NCBI GenBank assembly: GCA_017881185.1
Contig: JADGRE010000003.1
Coordinates: forward strand, 344-64,343
Origin: Pseudomonadota bacterium
Lineage (GTDB): Bacteria; Myxococcota_A; Polyangia; Polyangiales; JAFGIB01
Reading direction: 5' to 3'
Length of the DNA: 64,000 nucleotides
The stretch's first letter is position 1, and each line of letters opens with the position of its first letter. Positions 19,121-28,171 of this stretch are shown in pieces. The notes beneath the pieces were generated by a model. The model was not told the DNA's origin, did not search any database, and saw nothing but the letters and a program-made list of their open reading frames with translations. The position numbers and the translations under genes are program-made.

Positions 19121-20320
19121 ATGACGCTCGACTCCGGCAGGTACGGTCCGTTCGGCGGTCGCTTCGTGGCCGAGACGCTGATGCCGGCGCTCGCCGAGCT
19201 CGAGGCCGCCTACAACGAAGCGCGCGCCGACACCGCCTTCGAGACGCGCCGCAAGCAGCTCTTGCGCGACTACATCGGCCGGCCCACGCCGCTCTACCAC
19301 GCCGAGCGCTTGTCGGCCGAGGTGGGCCTAGAGGTGTGGCTCAAGCGCGAAGACTTGTGCCACACCGGCGCGCACAAGATGAACAACGTGCTCGGCCAGG
19401 TGCTCTTGGCCCAGCGCATGAAGAAGCCGCGCGTCATTGCCGAGACCGGCGCGGGTCAACACGGTGTGGCCACGGCCACGGCCTGCGCGCTGCTCGGTTT
19501 GTCGTGCGAAGTGTTCATGGGCGCCGAAGACGTGCGGCGCCAAGCGCCCAACGTGCGGCGCATGGAGCTGCTCGGCGCCACCGTGCACCCGGTGCAATCT
19601 GGTAGTCGCACGCTCAAGGACGCCATGAACGAGGCCATGCGTGACTGGGTCACGCACGTGCGCAATACCTACTACTGCGTGGGCACCGTGGCGGGTCCGC
19701 ATCCGTATCCGGCGATGGTGCGGGAGTTCCAGCGCGTCATCAGCGAGGAAGCGCGCGCGCAGCTGCTGGCGGCGGCCGGTCGCCTGCCGGACGCCGTCGT
19801 GGCCTGCGTGGGCGGCGGTTCGAACGCGCTCGGCATGTTCGCCGAATTCATTCCTGATGCCGGCGTGAAGTTGTTCGGCGTGGAAGCAGCCGGCCGCGGC
19901 GTCGAGACTGGCGAGCACGCGGCCACGCTCACAGCAGGCAGGCCCGGCGTGTTGCACGGCATGCGCTCGTACGTGCTGCAAGACGCGCACGGCCAGGTCA
20001 TCGCCACGCACTCCATCAGCGCAGGCCTCGACTACCCGGGTGTCGGTCCCGAGCACGCCTGGCTGAAGGAGCAGGGCCGCGCGTCGTACCGCGCCGTTAC
20101 AGACGACGAAGCGCTGCAAGCGTTCCATCTGCTCTGTCGCACCGAGGGCATCATCCCGGCGCTCGAGAGCAGCCACGCCATCGGCTTCCTGCGCACACTC
20201 GGCAAGGAGATGCCCGGCGCGCTCGTAGCTGTGTGTCTTTCGGGTCGCGGCGACAAAGACCTCGCGACGGTCATCGAGCTGTCCACGCAGAAGGGGCTCT
20301 TGAAACGTGGGACGCCTTAA
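19121..20320 (+). CDS. trpB: tryptophan synthase beta chain
   Basis: Motifs are [32 protein letters not shown] (PLP Lys), ETGAGQHG and GGGSNA. ATG 19121 is preferred over the track start 18995. Confidence 0.95.
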   Translation: MTLDSGRYGPFGGRFVAETLMPALAELEAAYNEARADTAFETRRKQLLRDYIGRPTPLYHAERLSAEVGLEVWLKREDLCHTGAHKMNNVLGQVLLAQRMKKPRVIAETGAGQHGVATATACALLGLSCEVFMGAEDVRRQAPNVRRMELLGATVHPVQSGSRTLKDAMNEAMRDWVTHVRNTYYCVGTVAGPHPYPAMVREFQRVISEEARAQLLAAAGRLPDAVVACVGGGSNALGMFAEFIPDAGVKLFGVEAAGRGVETGEHAATLTAGRPGVLHGMRSYVLQDAHGQVIATHSISAGLDYPGVGPEHAWLKEQGRASYRAVTDDEALQAFHLLCRTEGIIPALESSHAIGFLRTLGKEMPGALVAVCLSGRGDKDLATVIELSTQKGLLKRGTP

Positions 20321-21107
20321 CGAAGCCTTGGCACGCGCGAAGCGCGAGAACCGCCCAGCACTGGTGATCTACCTGTGCGCGGGCGATCCCGAGCTCGCTA
20401 CCAGCTTGCGCCTCGCGCAAACTGTTGCAGATGCGGGCGCCGACATCATCGAAGTGGGCGTGCCGTTCAGCGACCCCACGGCCGATGGTCCGGTGATCCA
20501 GCGCGCCAGCGAACGCGCCTTGGTAGCGGGCACCACGCTGCCTGGCGTGCTCGAGCTCGTGACGCAGCTGCGGCAGAAGAGCCAGGTGCCGGTGGTGCTC
20601 TTCGGTTACTACAACCCGATCCTCGCGCACGGCGAAGCGCAGGTCGCAGCGGCGGCTGCGAAGGCTGGGGTCGATGGCTTTCTGGTGGTCGACCTGCCGC
20701 CGGAAGAGGCGGGCAGTTTCGTGGCCGAGCTTCGCAAGCACGCGCTTGCGTTCGTGCCACTGATCGCGCCCACAACCTCGGATGCGCGCGTCGCGACCAT
20801 CGCGGGCCTCGCGGATGCGTTCGTCTACTACGTCTCCATCACGGGTGTGACCGGCGCGGCGGCTGACCTGGGCAAGGCCGCGCAGCGCGCGACCGAAATC
20901 CGCAAGCAAACGAGCTTGCCGGTGGCCATCGGCTTCGGCGTGAAGACTCCAGACGACGTGCGTGCGCTCGCAGGCCGCGCCGATGCGGTGGTGGTGGGCA
21001 GCGCCGTGTGCACGGCCATCGAAGCTGCGCCCACCGCCGACGCGAAGCTTGCCGCGGTCAGTGCGCTAGTGCGCTCGCTCAGAAGCGCTTGCGTGCGCGA
21101 GCCTTGA
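20307..21107 (+). CDS. trpA: tryptophan synthase alpha chain
   Basis: Motifs are [37 protein letters not shown] and GFGV. The GTG start overlaps trpB by 14 bp. Confidence 0.95.
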   Translation: MGRLNEALARAKRENRPALVIYLCAGDPELATSLRLAQTVADAGADIIEVGVPFSDPTADGPVIQRASERALVAGTTLPGVLELVTQLRQKSQVPVVLFGYYNPILAHGEAQVAAAAAKAGVDGFLVVDLPPEEAGSFVAELRKHALAFVPLIAPTTSDARVATIAGLADAFVYYVSITGVTGAAADLGKAAQRATEIRKQTSLPVAIGFGVKTPDDVRALAGRADAVVVGSAVCTAIEAAPTADAKLAAVSALVRSLRSACVREP

Positions 21108-21588
21108 GCGCCGCCGCAGATTCTTCCACCGGCTCGGCCAACCCCACGGCGGCCGCGCGCGCTACTGCTTCGCGCAGCTCGTCGTCGCCGATGCGCGCGA
21201 GCTCGCGCGCGACGTCGTCGGGCAGGGTGGTCATGGGCACGGTCTTGGGTGGAGGTTCTTCCAGCGCGATGATCGTCGCCGCGTTGGGCATGGGGCCGAC
21301 GCGAAACACCAGCTTGCGCACGCGCACGTCGGGCACCTTGCGCTGCAGCGCGGCCAAGAGCGCGTCGGTCTCGAGCTGCAGTGTGTTCGCCCAGGCGCTG
21401 GTGGCCGTGTGCACGGTGAGCGTGCCCCTCAGCAGCTTCACGGGCTGCGCGTTGCGCACGATGCGCACCGACAGCGCCTTGGCCCAGGCGCCGAACACGC
21501 GCACCGCCTGGAGCTCTTCCTTGCTCTTGCCGGGATACGCCTGGAGCAGCAGCGATGAGAGCCCTGCCATGCTGCCGCGTCTGCGCAT
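21079..21588 (-). CDS. DUF721 / DciA-like protein
   Basis: The 169-aa ORF has VRIVRNAQPVKLLRGTLTVHTATSAWANTLQLETDALLAAL, typical of the DUF721 (DciA) family. Its 3' end overlaps the trpA 3' end convergently by 29 bp. Confidence 0.7.
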   Translation of the reverse strand: MRRRGSMAGLSSLLLQAYPGKSKEELQAVRVFGAWAKALSVRIVRNAQPVKLLRGTLTVHTATSAWANTLQLETDALLAALQRKVPDVRVRKLVFRVGPMPNAATIIALEEPPPKTVPMTTLPDDVARELARIGDDELREAVARAAAVGLAEPVEESAAALKARARKRF

Positions 21589-21625
21589 GCGGCGAGCATA
21601 GCACGCCCACGCACCTGTTCGGGCT

Positions 21626-23599
21626 TCACTCGGGCGTGCTGATGGCGTGCAGATCGAGCCCGCCAGGCAACATGTAGCTCGTGTACGTCGCGTAGCCGTA
21701 CACGATGATTGCGAACAATCCGCCGGAGCTCACGACGTGCGGGCCCGCGTCGACCTGAACGCGAGCGAGGCCCATCGAGGTGCCTTTGATCGGCGTGAAG
21801 CCGGCGACCACGCGCCCGTCGAGCGTCACGACCTGTTGCTTGCCGGCCACGATGTTGACGAAGTTGTCGGTGTACGTGTCGGGCGTGAGGAACGAGTAGC
21901 GGTTGCGCCACTGTTCGACGGGAATACCCAGCGACATCGACGGGTCGCCTTTGGTGTACGAGCCCATCTCGCCCTGGCTGCCATCCCAGTCTTGGCCGAC
22001 CATGAATTGCCCTGCCATCAGGGACTTGCTGCCTGCCACTTCGAAGGAGTCGGTGGTCATGAACTCCACGTACTGACCGCGTGCCAGGGTGACCGGCGCG
22101 TGCACCGCGGGCACGAAGCTGATGTGGTTGTCGTCGGCGCCGGACAGGATGCGGAACACGTTGGGCACGTCTGTGCCGCAGTCGATCGGCGCGCTCACGG
22201 TCATGAAGATGTCTTTGCCCCACGACTCCTGCGGGAACATGGTCTCTTCCAGGTGATCGCACGCCCACTTGTCGTACGGCACGAAGGTGCAGTCGTTGCC
22301 AGAGAGCACGCTCACGGGGCCGGCAGCGCGAATCTGCGTGCCGGTGAAATCGTAGCTGCTCGGCACGTGGCAGTAGTGGCGCACGCCCACGTATGACTGC
22401 GTGGTGCTGTTGCCGTCGCAGGTGTCGGGTGCATCACTGGTCAGCTGCAATACTTCACCCTGCGCGAGCGTGACGTGCAGCGTCTGCCCGGGCGACAGCG
22501 CCGGGATCTTGCCGTCTGCGCTGGCACGCGTGTGCGCCGAGCTGATGATCTCCACGTCGGTCGGCGTCGCCTGCACGCCCACCACGGCCACGAACGCCGG
22601 CAGCACGTGCTTGACGATGGTGCCGGGCTTGTCGGCGCGGTCGATCCACTGCATGTACGTGGGGCGCGTCATCACGCGGTAGTTGCCCGTGAGCGAGCTG
22701 ACCGGCAAGAGCAACGACGCATCGTTCGTGTACGAGTACGCGTTGCCGACGCCGGGGACATCGCTCTGAAAGTGGAGCGGATTGAACTGGTAGACGGTGA
22801 CTGGCACGTCCGACACGATGTGCTGCGCCCCGCCCGCCACCTGCACGGAATCCAGCGCCTTGTGGGAGTCGCCCTTGAGCTCGGCGTTGCAGGGCAGCTC
22901 CACCGTCTTGACGGAGGAAGGCGGCACCTTGACCGTGCGCAGGGTGCTGCCGCTCTGGATGCGTACCGTCGCGGTCACCGATTCGGTGTTGGCGATCACC
23001 ACCGCAAAAGGGAAGGGCTGACACAAGCCCTCGGCGTCGGTCAGGTCGTACTCCAGCTCCGAGTTCAGCGTTGGCACGGCCCAATACTCGCAACCCACGT
23101 ACGAGTGCGCCTTCACTGCCGCCGCGCACAGGTCCTCGCACTTGTTGTCGGTTTGCGAGCAGTGTTCTCCAGCGCTCTCGTTGCAGTTGGCAGCTGCAAC
23201 GTAGCCGCTGCCGTCAGCCTTGCAGCTGGAGCGCTTGCCGTTGCTACCGCAGAGCGTGGAGTTGGGCTGGCACTTCATGCAGCCGCCGCACTTGCCGCCT
23301 GCACACTTGCCGGGCGCGCACACCTCCTTGGTGGAGTTGCAGTTGGTCAGCTCGCCCAGCTGCCCGTTGTGGCAGTGAGCGGCCCACTGTCCGTAGCAGA
23401 GCACCGGTTCTTCTTTGTCGGGGCATTCCACGGTCGGCGGCGTTTCGTCTGCCGGATCGAGGGTGGTGCCACCGTTCTCGCACACCATCGTTCCGCCGGT
23501 GCCTGCGTTGGGCGGCAAGCTCTTGACCTTGCAGCCGATGGCGGCGGAGCACAGCAGCAGCGCGATCAATAGATGCAGATGGAAAGGGCGGTAGCTCAC
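21626..23599 (-). CDS. large Cys-rich lipoprotein with IgGFc-binding-protein-N-terminal-like domain
   Basis: GTG 23599 gives VSYRPFHLHLLIALLLCSAAIGC|K, a signal peptide plus lipobox. About 150 aa follow with more than 20 Cys (CAPGKCAGGKCGGCMKC...). After that come GCEYWAV, PVTVYQFNPL, NDASLLLPVSSLTGNYRV and GGLFAIIVYGYA, reminiscent of the IgGFc_binding family. The track start 23866 overlaps recN and is rejected. Confidence 0.75.
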   Translation of the reverse strand: MSYRPFHLHLLIALLLCSAAIGCKVKSLPPNAGTGGTMVCENGGTTLDPADETPPTVECPDKEEPVLCYGQWAAHCHNGQLGELTNCNSTKEVCAPGKCAGGKCGGCMKCQPNSTLCGSNGKRSSCKADGSGYVAAANCNESAGEHCSQTDNKCEDLCAAAVKAHSYVGCEYWAVPTLNSELEYDLTDAEGLCQPFPFAVVIANTESVTATVRIQSGSTLRTVKVPPSSVKTVELPCNAELKGDSHKALDSVQVAGGAQHIVSDVPVTVYQFNPLHFQSDVPGVGNAYSYTNDASLLLPVSSLTGNYRVMTRPTYMQWIDRADKPGTIVKHVLPAFVAVVGVQATPTDVEIISSAHTRASADGKIPALSPGQTLHVTLAQGEVLQLTSDAPDTCDGNSTTQSYVGVRHYCHVPSSYDFTGTQIRAAGPVSVLSGNDCTFVPYDKWACDHLEETMFPQESWGKDIFMTVSAPIDCGTDVPNVFRILSGADDNHISFVPAVHAPVTLARGQYVEFMTTDSFEVAGSKSLMAGQFMVGQDWDGSQGEMGSYTKGDPSMSLGIPVEQWRNRYSFLTPDTYTDNFVNIVAGKQQVVTLDGRVVAGFTPIKGTSMGLARVQVDAGPHVVSSGGLFAIIVYGYATYTSYMLPGGLDLHAISTPE

Positions 23600-23655
23600 G
23601 GTAGCGCCGATCTTAGAGGCTGACGCCGGGGGCCGTCCAGCTTGCGTGTGTACAG

Positions 23656-25371
23656 CTAACGGCGTGCGGTCTTGAGCATCTCGCGTGCGGCAGCTCGTGT
23701 CTGCTGCGTGATCTCGATGCCGCCCAGCATGCGAGCAATCTCTTCGCGTTGCTCCTCGGCGGACAGCCGCACGATGGCCGAACGCGTGCGGCCATTTTCC
23801 ACGCTCTTCTGTACGCGGTAGTGCGTGTCCGCGTACACGGCGATCTGCGGCAGGTGCGTGATGCAAATCACCTGGTGGTGCTTGCTGACCTCACGGATCT
23901 TGCGGCCGATCACCTCGGCCACCGCGCCTCCCACGCCCGCGTCGACTTCATCGAACACGTATAGGCCGAGCGGGCCGAGCCCAGCAAGCACACGCTTGAG
24001 CGCCAGCATCGCGCGCGACAGCTCGCCGCCGCTGGCGATCTTCGACAAAGGCCGTGGGATCTCGCCCGCATTGGTGGCGATCAGGAACTCCACGCGATCG
24101 ATGCCGAGCGTGGACAGCCGCGCGCCGTCGACCGAGAGCTCGCCCTCGCGCCCGGCCGCTGGCTCCACCTCGACGGTGATCGTGGCACCTCCCATGGCGA
24201 GCGAGCTCAGCTCCTTGCTCACCGCGCGCCCGAGCTTGCTCGCCGCGAGCTTGCGCGCTGCGCTCAGCTCCTCGGCCACCTGCCGCGCCTTCGCCGCTGC
24301 AGCTGCCACGCTGGCCCGCAGCGCCGCGCGGTGCTCTTCGCCGTGCTCCAGCTCCGACAGCTCGGCCTTGGCGCGCTCCTTGTGCTGCAGCGCGGCCTCC
24401 ACACTGCCGCCGTACTTGCGACTGACGCGCGACAGGGCGTCGAGGCGCTCTTCGATCTCCGAAAGTCGCGACGGGTTGTGCACCACACCGCGTGCGTAGC
24501 CGCCCAGCTCGCGCGCGGCATCTTGCAGCTCGCTGTGTGCCGAGGACAGTTGCTGCGACAGCTTGATGAGCCGCGGATCGAGCGTGGCGGCCTCTTCGAT
24601 GTTGCGCACCACGCGCGCCAGCTCGGCAGTGAGTGCGGCGTCGCGCGAGTACAGCGCGTCCTCGGCGCCAAGCGTGAGAGACGCCAGGCGCTCGGAGTGG
24701 CGCAGGCGGTCACGGTCTTCCACCAGCGACAGCTGTTCGGCGGGTTTGGGAGCGAGCTCCTCGATCTCGCGGATCTGGTAGCGCAACAAGTCTTCGCGCT
24801 CGTCGCGGCGTTGGGTGCGCTGATCGAGCTCGGCCACTGCCGCCGTGGCTTCGGTGAGCGTGCGGTACGCGCTGGCCATGGCGTCGCGCAGCGGATCGAG
24901 CTCGGCGAACGCGTCGAGAAAGTGCACGTGGTTCTTGGCTTCGACCAAGGTGTGATGCTCGTGCTGCGACGAGATGTCGACCAGGCCCTGCGCCAGCTCG
25001 ATGAGCTGCGAGGCAGAAGCCAGCCGACCATTCACGTACGCCCGCGTACGCCCGCTATTGTGGACCACGCGGCGCAGCACCAGCTCCGAATCGGTGTCGA
25101 TGCCCATCGCTTTGGCGCGCTCGCGCAATGCCGGGTGGTCGGCCACGTCGAAGAGTGCTTCGACCTCGGCCTCGTCGGCACCAGTGCGCACGACCTGTGG
25201 GCCACCGCGGCCGCCGAGCACGAGCGACAACGCGTTGACCAAGATGGATTTGCCGGCGCCCGTTTCACCCGTGAGCACGTTCATGCCGGCCGGGAACTCG
25301 ACCTCTACCGCATCGATGATCGCGAGGTTCTTGACGCGCAGGCAGAGCAGCATGACGGAGGGCTCTAGCAT
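23656..25371 (-). CDS. recN: DNA repair protein RecN
   Basis: Walker A GETGAGKS, a long coiled-coil middle, signature IASGGELSRAML and Walker B LYVFDEVDAGVGG are present. The start is ATG 25371, or ATG 25353 (MLLCLRVKNLAIID). Confidence 0.9.
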   Translation of the reverse strand: MLEPSVMLLCLRVKNLAIIDAVEVEFPAGMNVLTGETGAGKSILVNALSLVLGGRGGPQVVRTGADEAEVEALFDVADHPALRERAKAMGIDTDSELVLRRVVHNSGRTRAYVNGRLASASQLIELAQGLVDISSQHEHHTLVEAKNHVHFLDAFAELDPLRDAMASAYRTLTEATAAVAELDQRTQRRDEREDLLRYQIREIEELAPKPAEQLSLVEDRDRLRHSERLASLTLGAEDALYSRDAALTAELARVVRNIEEAATLDPRLIKLSQQLSSAHSELQDAARELGGYARGVVHNPSRLSEIEERLDALSRVSRKYGGSVEAALQHKERAKAELSELEHGEEHRAALRASVAAAAAKARQVAEELSAARKLAASKLGRAVSKELSSLAMGGATITVEVEPAAGREGELSVDGARLSTLGIDRVEFLIATNAGEIPRPLSKIASGGELSRAMLALKRVLAGLGPLGLYVFDEVDAGVGGAVAEVIGRKIREVSKHHQVICITHLPQIAVYADTHYRVQKSVENGRTRSAIVRLSAEEQREEIARMLGGIEITQQTRAAAREMLKTARR

Positions 25372-25750
25372 GGGTGGTGGAGGCTGGGGAGGGCGATCTG
25401 CCGGGGAGGCGGGGAGCGGGAGGTTGAGAGCTTGGCGAACGGGGCGCCGGGGGGTGGTGGTCTGGGCGGGCGACGATCTGTTTGCAAGAGTGGCGGCCGC
25501 GCAGCCTGGCTGGCGTTTCCACACGCCACGCAAGCGGATCTCGTCTCGTCGCGCCAAGTGCGCGCGCCGGCCACCAGCGCACTTGGCACGCCGCGACGCC
25601 CCCGCCCAGACCACCATCCCCCGACACCCCTGGCGTCAGCGAGGCTCTCGCGGGCGGCGGGAGAGCGATCGTCGTCCGCGGCGCTCTGTTGTAGATGGTT
25701 GGGTCAGTGCCGCCCGATGGCTCGACGCAGCAGGTTTCGGTGGGCTCTCG

Positions 25751-26446
25751 TCACTGCGTAGGCGCGACGATCACGCACGCGCTCGTTGCTGGTAGTCCCG
25801 CTGGGCCGCGACGTCGCAGCTCGGTGCGGTCGACGCCGACGCGGTTGCTCAGCACGACGCACACGCTGGCGGGGGTGCTTCCGCTGAGCGTGAAGGCGCC
25901 TGGGAGGCTCAGGTGGTTGCCGCACACCAGTGCAGCTGTTGGCTGCAATGGAAAAAAGGCTTGGCCGGCTTGGAACACCACCAGGTCCCAGGCTTGATCG
26001 GCTTGCGGTGGGCAGGTGACTTGGGCGGAGAAACTGTCGCCTGGTGCGAATAGGGCCGGGTCGCGCGCGCTGTTGCCGGCATGCTGGCGCACGAGCGAGA
26101 GGGTGAGCTCGCCGCCTTTGGTGGCGTTGTCGGCAGCCGCTCTCGGTTTGCTCGCGTCCGGCGCCGGGCGGGTCATCAGTAGCAGCGCGGCGGCTGCAGC
26201 CAGCGCGCCACCCGTGATGCTCCAGAATAGCCGGCGCACGCGCGCAGGCTTGCGGGTCGCGCTGCGCGCGGGTAGAGGCGGCAGCGTGAGCGCGCTCGTT
26301 TGCAGCTCGTCGAAACAGCTGCGGCACAGTGTGCAGCTGCTGAGGTGCGCCATGATCTGTTCGCGCTCCGAGGCGTCGACCTCGCCCAGCGCGTAGCGCT
26401 CCAGGCGCAGGAACGAGATTGGCACGGCGCTGCATGGCTCGGTCAT
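25751..26446 (-). CDS. anti-sigma factor (zf-HC2 type), single-pass, ~130-aa periplasmic domain
   Basis: ATG 26446 overlaps the sigma gene stop (ATGA). It has an N-terminal HLSSCTLCRSC (H-x3-C-x2-C) motif, a TM helix (LFWSITGGALAAAAALLLM) and a C-terminal extracytoplasmic domain of unknown family. Confidence 0.75.
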   Translation of the reverse strand: MTEPCSAVPISFLRLERYALGEVDASEREQIMAHLSSCTLCRSCFDELQTSALTLPPLPARSATRKPARVRRLFWSITGGALAAAAALLLMTRPAPDASKPRAAADNATKGGELTLSLVRQHAGNSARDPALFAPGDSFSAQVTCPPQADQAWDLVVFQAGQAFFPLQPTAALVCGNHLSLPGAFTLSGSTPASVCVVLSNRVGVDRTELRRRGPAGLPATSACVIVAPTQ

Positions 26447-26913
26447 GGCGCAGACTCCGAGCCCCCGAGCCGACGCACCAGCTCGCGCACGCGCTCCAGG
26501 TCTCTGCCCACCGTCTTGCGACTGGTTTGGACGAGCGTGGCGATCTCTTCTTGCGCGAGATCGTCGAAGTAGCGGTACACCAGCACCTCGGCTTCGCGCT
26601 CCGACAGCTGAGTCACCAGCTTCGCGAGCAGATCGAGACCGATCACCTGCTCGTCGCAGCGCGTGCGCACCACGCCCCGTAGCACGGGCTGCTGCGCGGC
26701 GAGCAAACGCTCTCGGTTCTTGCGATCGCGCAGTGCGCTGAGACAACGGTGAGTCACGGCACGGTAGAGGTACGGCAGCTCCGCGCCGCCGTGCCCGCTC
26801 TCCAGCAGCTCGACGAACAAGCTCTGCACGACGTCCTGCGCGTCGGCGTGGTTGGCGAGCAGACGTCGCGCTTTGCGCAGGAGCGCGGGGCCGTAGCGCA
26901 GGTAGATGTCCAT
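26443..26913 (-). CDS. ECF-type RNA polymerase sigma factor
   Basis: Region 2 (DAQDVVQSLFVELL...YLYRAVTHRCLSALRDR) and region 4 HTH (LSEREAEVLVYRYFDDLAQEEIATLVQTSRKTVGRDLERV) are present. ATG 26913 lies 4 nt after the upstream stop. Confidence 0.85.
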   Translation of the reverse strand: MDIYLRYGPALLRKARRLLANHADAQDVVQSLFVELLESGHGGAELPYLYRAVTHRCLSALRDRKNRERLLAAQQPVLRGVVRTRCDEQVIGLDLLAKLVTQLSEREAEVLVYRYFDDLAQEEIATLVQTSRKTVGRDLERVRELVRRLGGSESAP

Positions 26914-26917
26914 CCCG

Positions 26918-28171
26918 TCACCGGCATACTCCTGCGAGTTGGCGGACAAAGCCACAATCGACGTCTTTGTTCTTGGGGCAACCGGCGCCTTCGCAGCGCA
27001 GGAAACACTGCGTCTTGGGCAGCTCGCACTTGCCAGACAGGCACTCGCTGTCGTTGTCGCAGGCGGCGCCTGCTTTGCGCCAGCGCTGGCCCTCGCCGCA
27101 GAGCGAAGGCGTGACGGTCAGCCACAGCTCGTGGTGGCCGCAGGTTCGGCCGTCTTTGCACGGCGTGTGGTCGCAGCACTCGGAGCAGGTGCCGTTGCAG
27201 CACACCCCGCCCTTGCACTCCGCGTCCTGTGCGCACAGGTCGCCGAGCGCGCGCCTTTCCGGCGCGACGCAGCCGCGCGCTGCAGCGTGCGGCCCGACTT
27301 GCACTCCGCACACCTCGTGAGCTGCGCAGTCCGCGTCGAGCGCGCACGCCCCGCAGCCCGAGTGCGTGATGGATAGCGTGGGCGTGCAGATGCCGCTCTG
27401 GCACTGTGCGTGGTTGATGCACCAAGCGCCGTCCGGTGTGCTGGCGGGTTTCACGCACGCCAGATAGCCACCGATCGTGCTGGCCACCGCCGCGCACAGC
27501 TCGCCCGCGGCGCAATCGGTGTTCTTCGTGCACTCGCTGCAGACCTTGGGCGCGGGCTGGTCGCTGCTGGCCTTTGCGAGCCCATTGCCGAAGCGATCGG
27601 GCCCCACCGTGCACTGCGCGCTGTCGCACTGGTCTTTGCCGTCGCAGCCAGCGCCCGGCGGCCGGTGCAAGAGTGGCACCGCCGAGCCGCTGCATTCGTC
27701 GCTCGGCGTTGCTTTGATCTGCGCCAGCACGGCGCGGCCCGTGCCCTGCTTGCGCAGGATGAAGCGCAGCTTGTCGTACCAGCTGGGCGCCTTCACCAGA
27801 TAGCGCAGCTTCGCCCAGTGGCTCTCGGGGATGAGTTGCTTGTACTCGGAGCTGCCATCGTCGCGGAAGTCCAGCTCCAGCCAGACCTCGGCCTTGGCAT
27901 CGACATCGGCGATCACCTCGAACTCGATGCACTGCACGGAATCGTGGCTCGTCAGCTGCGACAGCACCGCGCCATCTTGCAGTGCCGCTCCGTAGTCGTA
28001 GTCGTGCCAGGTCCCCACGCGCGTGACCTTGCCCTTCGACTCCCAGGGCGCGCACAGCTTGTCGCCGCACCACAAATCGAACGACGGGTCAGCGAGCAGG
28101 TTGTCGCCGCAAGCGACGAGCAGCGCGAGGCCGAGCCACAGGAAGAGTGATCTCGAGACGGGCTTCTTCAT
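26918..28171 (-). CDS. Cys-rich lipoprotein: N-terminal beta-sandwich-like domain + ~230 aa of CxxxxC(x)SGxC-type modules
   Basis: MKKPVSRSLFLWLGLALLVAC|GD is a signal peptide plus lipobox. The C-terminal half has about 34 Cys in recurring units (DQCDSAQC, NTDCAAGELC, HAQCQSGIC, DADCAAHEVC, DAECKGGVC, DSECLSGKC). ATGA overlap with the upstream caspase gene. Confidence 0.8.
   Translation of the reverse strand: MKKPVSRSLFLWLGLALLVACGDNLLADPSFDLWCGDKLCAPWESKGKVTRVGTWHDYDYGAALQDGAVLSQLTSHDSVQCIEFEVIADVDAKAEVWLELDFRDDGSSEYKQLIPESHWAKLRYLVKAPSWYDKLRFILRKQGTGRAVLAQIKATPSDECSGSAVPLLHRPPGAGCDGKDQCDSAQCTVGPDRFGNGLAKASSDQPAPKVCSECTKNTDCAAGELCAAVASTIGGYLACVKPASTPDGAWCINHAQCQSGICTPTLSITHSGCGACALDADCAAHEVCGVQVGPHAAARGCVAPERRALGDLCAQDAECKGGVCCNGTCSECCDHTPCKDGRTCGHHELWLTVTPSLCGEGQRWRKAGAACDNDSECLSGKCELPKTQCFLRCEGAGCPKNKDVDCGFVRQLAGVCR

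Noticed and set aside
21079-21107. A 29-bp convergent overlap of the trpA and DUF721 gene 3' ends.
   Set aside because: Both ORFs are supported by family motifs up to near their ends, and overlaps like this occur in compact GC-rich genomes. It could also reflect a slightly different true stop context. It is not evidence of anything unusual.
25372-25500. A LexA/SOS box upstream of recN.
   Set aside because: I looked for CTGT-N8-ACAG-like and GTTC-containing myxobacterial-type palindromes on both strands and found no convincing match. The absence is noted in the recN finding rather than called as a site.
26918-28171. A bacterial gasdermin-type substrate next to the caspase-like protease (pore-forming defence pair).
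   Set aside because: The neighbouring protein has a lipoprotein signal peptide, is 417 aa long and is extremely Cys-rich. The protease itself is secreted. This does not fit cytoplasmic gasdermin/protease systems.
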